Origin: a virus
Lineage: Duplodnaviria; Caudoviricetes
Strand: one strand, 5' to 3'
Length of the DNA: 27,400 bases
Virus record (IMG/VR): IMGVR_UViG_3300010376_000866
Location: 1 to 27,400 of that record
Each line of letters begins with the position of its first letter. The stretch's first letter is position 1. Of this stretch, positions 23,800 to 27,400 are shown one piece after another. Made by a program: the position numbers and the translations under genes. The notes below the pieces were generated by a model, which worked only from the letters and a program-made list of their open reading frames with translations, did no database searches and was not told the DNA's origin.

Positions 23800-24300
23800 A
23801 TGACCACTCCTGTCCTGAACTTCAATGACGCAGCGGTAAACCAGGTGTTCGACCACATCCTGAGCTTCGCGTCGCAGTCAGGCAGGTTTGACAGTGTGAA
23901 TGGACATGAACCCAAGAACACTCCGCCGACGCCCAGCGGGCTTGTCTTTGGGACTTGGATCCAGGACATAGTCCCGCTGGGCAAGGCAAGCGGTCTCCAG
24001 TCTGTCTCCGGAGTAGTCGTCATCTTGGCTCGGGTTTACATGGGGTTCCGTACGCAGCCGTACGATATCATCGATCCTACAGTGGTTTCTGCTACTATGG
24101 AGATTATGGCTCGATTCGGCGGCGACTTCAACTTCGGTGGAGTTGCCGGGACTCGCAATGTAGATATCTTCGGTGAGTCGCGGTACAAGTTGTCTGCGCA
24201 GGCAGGATATGTAGAGATTGACCGGGCGGTGTTCCGGGTCTTGACGACGACAATACCAATTATCATCAATGATATGTTCATGCTAAAGACTGGAGCGTAA
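23800..24300 (+). CDS. Putative tail terminator
   Basis: GGAGG SD; size and position just before the tail genes; VNGHEPKNTP. Confidence 0.65.
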   Translation: MTTPVLNFNDAAVNQVFDHILSFASQSGRFDSVNGHEPKNTPPTPSGLVFGTWIQDIVPLGKASGLQSVSGVVVILARVYMGFRTQPYDIIDPTVVSATMEIMARFGGDFNFGGVAGTRNVDIFGESRYKLSAQAGYVEIDRAVFRVLTTTIPIIINDMFMLKTGA

Positions 24301-24301
24301 G

Positions 24302-25258
24302 ATGGCCAAGCAGTCCGGCCTCGGTGACAACTTCTTCCTGCAGGGTTCGGACCTGACCGGGGACGTGTCGGCCATTGACTCGTTCAGCGCTCCGATCAAT
24401 CTTCAGGATGGGACCACTATAAAGCAGTTTGCTCACTCAAGGATTCCCCTCCTTCGTGATGCCAACTGGCAATTCAGCAGCTTCTTTGATGTCACGAGCG
24501 GGGCGGCGTCTGGCGCGACTGCTACCCTTATCACGCTGCCGCGTACGGATGTAGTTTGCAACTACTTCCATGGCTCGGCTATCGGAAATGTAGCTGCCGG
24601 TGCAGTCATGAAGCAACTGAACTACGACCCGACCAGAGGCAATGATGGAAGCATCACGACCAAAACAGAACTCGATGGAAACGCTTTCGGAATGGATTGG
24701 GGTGAACAGCTCACCCCAGGCATTCGGACTGATTCGGCTGCCACCAACGGTACTTCTATCGACGACTCAGCTGGAGCAACTACGCCAGGAGTTCCGCTCA
24801 GCGGTACTCCAGTCACAAATACTTCCCCTCTACCATCTACCGTCGTGGTCAGTGGCGGAACTGGAACCAACGTCACCATCAACGGCGTGGCACAGGGTAC
24901 CTTTGACGGTACGTATGTGGTGCCTGCGAATGGCGGTACGATCACTCTCACTTACTCTTCGGCTCCTACCTGGACTTGGACATACAAGACTACGTTTGGT
25001 GCGTCTATCTATCTACAAGCGTTCGCTCCTTTCACGGGAACGTCTTGTACTGTCACCGTACAGAGCGCGCCGGACAACTCGACTTGGGCAACGGTAGGAT
25101 CTGCTTTCACGGCGTTCACCGGAGCGACAGCGCAGCGTATCGGCCCGACTTCAGGGCAGACAATCGACAAGTGGCTCAGGGTCATCACTACCGGGACGTT
25201 CACGGTGGCGTCCTTCGCGGTGATGGTGGCCCGGTATCCGATAGCGGTGGCATTCTGA
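24302..25258 (+). CDS. Tail-tube-like protein with C-terminal beta extension
   Basis: MAKQSGLG start shared with 25750; DLTGDV, GTTI...RI.LLRD, YDPTRGNDGSI. Confidence 0.7.
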   Translation: MAKQSGLGDNFFLQGSDLTGDVSAIDSFSAPINLQDGTTIKQFAHSRIPLLRDANWQFSSFFDVTSGAASGATATLITLPRTDVVCNYFHGSAIGNVAAGAVMKQLNYDPTRGNDGSITTKTELDGNAFGMDWGEQLTPGIRTDSAATNGTSIDDSAGATTPGVPLSGTPVTNTSPLPSTVVVSGGTGTNVTINGVAQGTFDGTYVVPANGGTITLTYSSAPTWTWTYKTTFGASIYLQAFAPFTGTSCTVTVQSAPDNSTWATVGSAFTAFTGATAQRIGPTSGQTIDKWLRVITTGTFTVASFAVMVARYPIAVAF

Positions 25259-25746
25259 TGGGTGGCATGATAAGGCGTCCGTTTGGGCGTGGTAGTGTAA
25301 GCGTTATAGAGCCTGTGGCCGACCCACGGGCGTACATGACGTTCAAGGCGTCGGCTCCGGTCAGTAGCCACTGGACTCGGGTCCCTTGTGGCGAAGGAAA
25401 CTGTTCTGATTACCGCAATGGGTTCTTCATTGATGTAGATATCAGTACAGAGCTAGGTGCCGCCCAGCATAACTACCTAGCTAACAAAGACAAGAAACGT
25501 AAGGGTACCATGCAGAAGATAAGTGCGACTGTTTATCGTTTCACTTATCCTCCCGGCAGCCAGCCCTTCGCCGGAAACAATCATGAGCATTACGCTCCGA
25601 TTGACCGCCCTGCCTATTATCTGGTCCATGATGGGGACTGGCGCGGCAACCCGACCGGGAACAAGAGGTTCTTGGATGTCGATGATTGGGTCGACATGTT
25701 CGCAAACCATCAGGATCGGCTAGCTACAGAGAAACAGAAGGGATAG
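25258..25746 (+). CDS. Hypothetical tail-region protein
   Basis: TGATG coupling; VHDGDWRGNP. Confidence 0.75.
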   Translation: MGGMIRRPFGRGSVSVIEPVADPRAYMTFKASAPVSSHWTRVPCGEGNCSDYRNGFFIDVDISTELGAAQHNYLANKDKKRKGTMQKISATVYRFTYPPGSQPFAGNNHEHYAPIDRPAYYLVHDGDWRGNPTGNKRFLDVDDWVDMFANHQDRLATEKQKG

Positions 25747-25749
25747 GGC

Positions 25750-26187
25750 ATGGCCAAGGTCAGTGGTCTCGGTGGCGTCATAACCATCGCAGACAGTACG
25801 GGCACCAATCAGGTGCTCTCGGGTTCCAACTCGGATGACATCACCAACTTCTCCCTGACGACCCCGAGGGGCGTCCAGGAGACTACGGGTATTAACAAGT
25901 CTGCGATTGAGCGCTTGCTCCTTCTCGCGGACACCAGCGTCACTCTCAATGGCGTGTTCAACTCATCGGTCATCTCCGGGTTCGGAGCCAGCCATGAGGT
26001 GTTTGCCACTGTGCCGAGCACATCGGTAGCTCGTGCTAGTATCTTCAGCGTTACTAGCACAACGAGCCCAAAGCTGACGGGCAACATTTACTACAGCGAC
26101 TACCAGATCACAAGAGCCAATACCGGGGAGTTGACCTGGCAGGTGCCGGGCGCGCTCGCCGATGGCGCAGTTCCAACCTGGTCCTAG
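25750..26187 (+). CDS. Major tail (tube) protein
   Basis: MAKVSGLG, DITNF, ETTGI..ERLLLLAD, YQITRANTGEL, DGAVPTW; directly upstream of the chaperone. Confidence 0.75.
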   Translation: MAKVSGLGGVITIADSTGTNQVLSGSNSDDITNFSLTTPRGVQETTGINKSAIERLLLLADTSVTLNGVFNSSVISGFGASHEVFATVPSTSVARASIFSVTSTTSPKLTGNIYYSDYQITRANTGELTWQVPGALADGAVPTWS

Positions 26188-26245
26188 AGTACCAGGCTCT
26201 CAGTTATACTGGTATTCTGGGCCGACCACCAGAAAGGAAGAGGAA

Positions 26246-26659
26246 GTGTTTGTACCGCAGAAGACTGTGTACAACCTTCACTTTGAGGATGAGTCACTGT
26301 CTGAACTTGAAGTGAAGGTGAATGCGTGCTCGGTCGAGGAGTTCAATCAGATTGTGGCCGACTCTGTCCTCGTCGGGCAGGAAGCGCTGGAAGCTGCCAA
26401 CGGACTCATCGCCCTATTCGTGTCCAACCTCGTGTCCTGGAACATTTCCCTTGACGGAGAGAACCTTCTGCCGAAGACGGTTGACTCCATTAAGAAACTG
26501 GACCAGCCGCTCGTTGTACGTCTGATCTCGTCATGGCAGGCGGCGATGATGACTATCCCAAATCCCTCGAATCGGAAATCCTCCTCTGGCGGAATTTCCG
26601 AGGAGCTATCACTCGGACTGGCGAACGGGTCCGTAAGCCAGCCGAGTTGGCCGCAGTAG
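26246..26659 (+). CDS. Tail assembly chaperone (gpG-like)
   Basis: GTG after AAAGGAAGAGGAA; LVSWNI motif; lies between tail tube and tape measure. Confidence 0.85.
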   Translation: MFVPQKTVYNLHFEDESLSELEVKVNACSVEEFNQIVADSVLVGQEALEAANGLIALFVSNLVSWNISLDGENLLPKTVDSIKKLDQPLVVRLISSWQAAMMTIPNPSNRKSSSGGISEELSLGLANGSVSQPSWPQ

Positions 26660-26808
26660 AACTAGAGATTGGTCTCTGCAAGGCTTTCCCTGGTGTGGCC
26701 CCGAGCGAGATCCGCAAGGAAGGTGCCGACTTGGCTAGGAAGTTGCTAATCTACGACCTGGCCTATGGCAAGCAGGAGGGAGGTGACGGCGATGCCGAAC
26801 TTGGTTGA
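26557..26808 (+). CDS. -1 frameshift extension of the chaperone (gpGT-like)
   Basis: Slippery heptamer C CCA AAT at 26557-26563 in correct phase; -1 frame open to 26808. Confidence 0.8.
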   Translation, partial: PKSLESEILLWRNFRGAITRTGERVRKPAELAAVELEIGLCKAFPGVAPSEIRKEGADLARKLLIYDLAYGKQEGGDGDAELG

Positions 26809-27400
26809 GATCACGATCAAGGCGGATGACGAGACTGGCGGCGCATTTGCAAGCGTGCTGGCCAAATATTACGCCATGAAGAATGCCATGCGTGGCGGCA
26901 TAGTCCTGGGCGGGGCTGAGGAGAACCCTGGTGCCGTTACCTCCACCCTGGTGAATATCAAGCAGAAGATGCAATCCCTGGGGGTTGCTGACATTGCTGA
27001 TGTTAACGTCCAGCCTGGTATGATATACCAGAGGATGCTGTTTATCAAGCGGGTGATGCAGCAGGTTGGACTCGGTGATCTCCTCGGGGTCGGCGCGCGG
27101 ACCCTGCCGATTATGGGGCCATTCCAGACGTTCAGCTTCGGACAGGGTCCCGTCTCAGACATACATAATAATTTCATAGGCGCTGGTGGTGGCGGCAGGG
27201 GTGACAAGGGTGGCGGCGGTGGTATCGGTGGGTTCTTTGGAGGCCTGGCTGGTGCTGCTGGAGGCGGCCTGAATGCTGTAGCCAATAACAACTTGTTTGG
27301 CGGGGCAGGAATCGGCTGGCTCACAGGGATTGGCGGGATAGCCGGATGGCATGTACTCACCGACCTCATCGTGGAGGGTCTCATTTCCATAGGCACGGCC
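26792..27400 (+). CDS. Tape measure protein (partial)
   Basis: Not in track; GGAGGTG SD; MPNLVEITIKADDETG...; Gly/Ala-rich; open to window end. Confidence 0.85.
   Translation, partial: MPNLVEITIKADDETGGAFASVLAKYYAMKNAMRGGIVLGGAEENPGAVTSTLVNIKQKMQSLGVADIADVNVQPGMIYQRMLFIKRVMQQVGLGDLLGVGARTLPIMGPFQTFSFGQGPVSDIHNNFIGAGGGGRGDKGGGGGIGGFFGGLAGAAGGGLNAVANNNLFGGAGIGWLTGIGGIAGWHVLTDLIVEGLISIGTA

Noticed and set aside
12428-27396. Numerous minus-strand ORFs opposite the structural genes
   Set aside because: Antisense shadows typical of GC-rich coding DNA; no SDs or recognisable motifs

Overview
This window comes from a GC-rich siphovirus genome, most likely an actinobacterial phage, and spans the junction of two divergent arms. 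Bases 1-5814 hold a leftward, probably early, operon of small genes. Ten of them start at a SAS-like Shine-Dalgarno hairpin, and they are separated by repeated structured RNA modules: seven long hairpins that can refold and two tRNA-like elements. Bases ~5815-8079 are non-coding, with a hairpin-dense zone almost free of CA/TG dinucleotides, a leftward promoter, an inverted-repeat array, a G-tract, a GATC cluster and A-tracts; this is the likely genome end or packaging region. Bases 8080-12917 carry rightward accessory genes (HiPIP-like protein, secreted ricin-B lectin, Cys-rich proteins) and a putative TerS. Bases 12908-27400 are the morphogenesis operon: PBSX-type TerL, HK97 portal, ClpP protease with a His-rich insert, major capsid, adaptor, a K+ channel, two tail-tube-like proteins, a frameshifted tail chaperone and the tape measure start. 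A fully nested gene with an ATC start lies at 20775-21038. All family calls come from motif recognition by eye, with no database searches.
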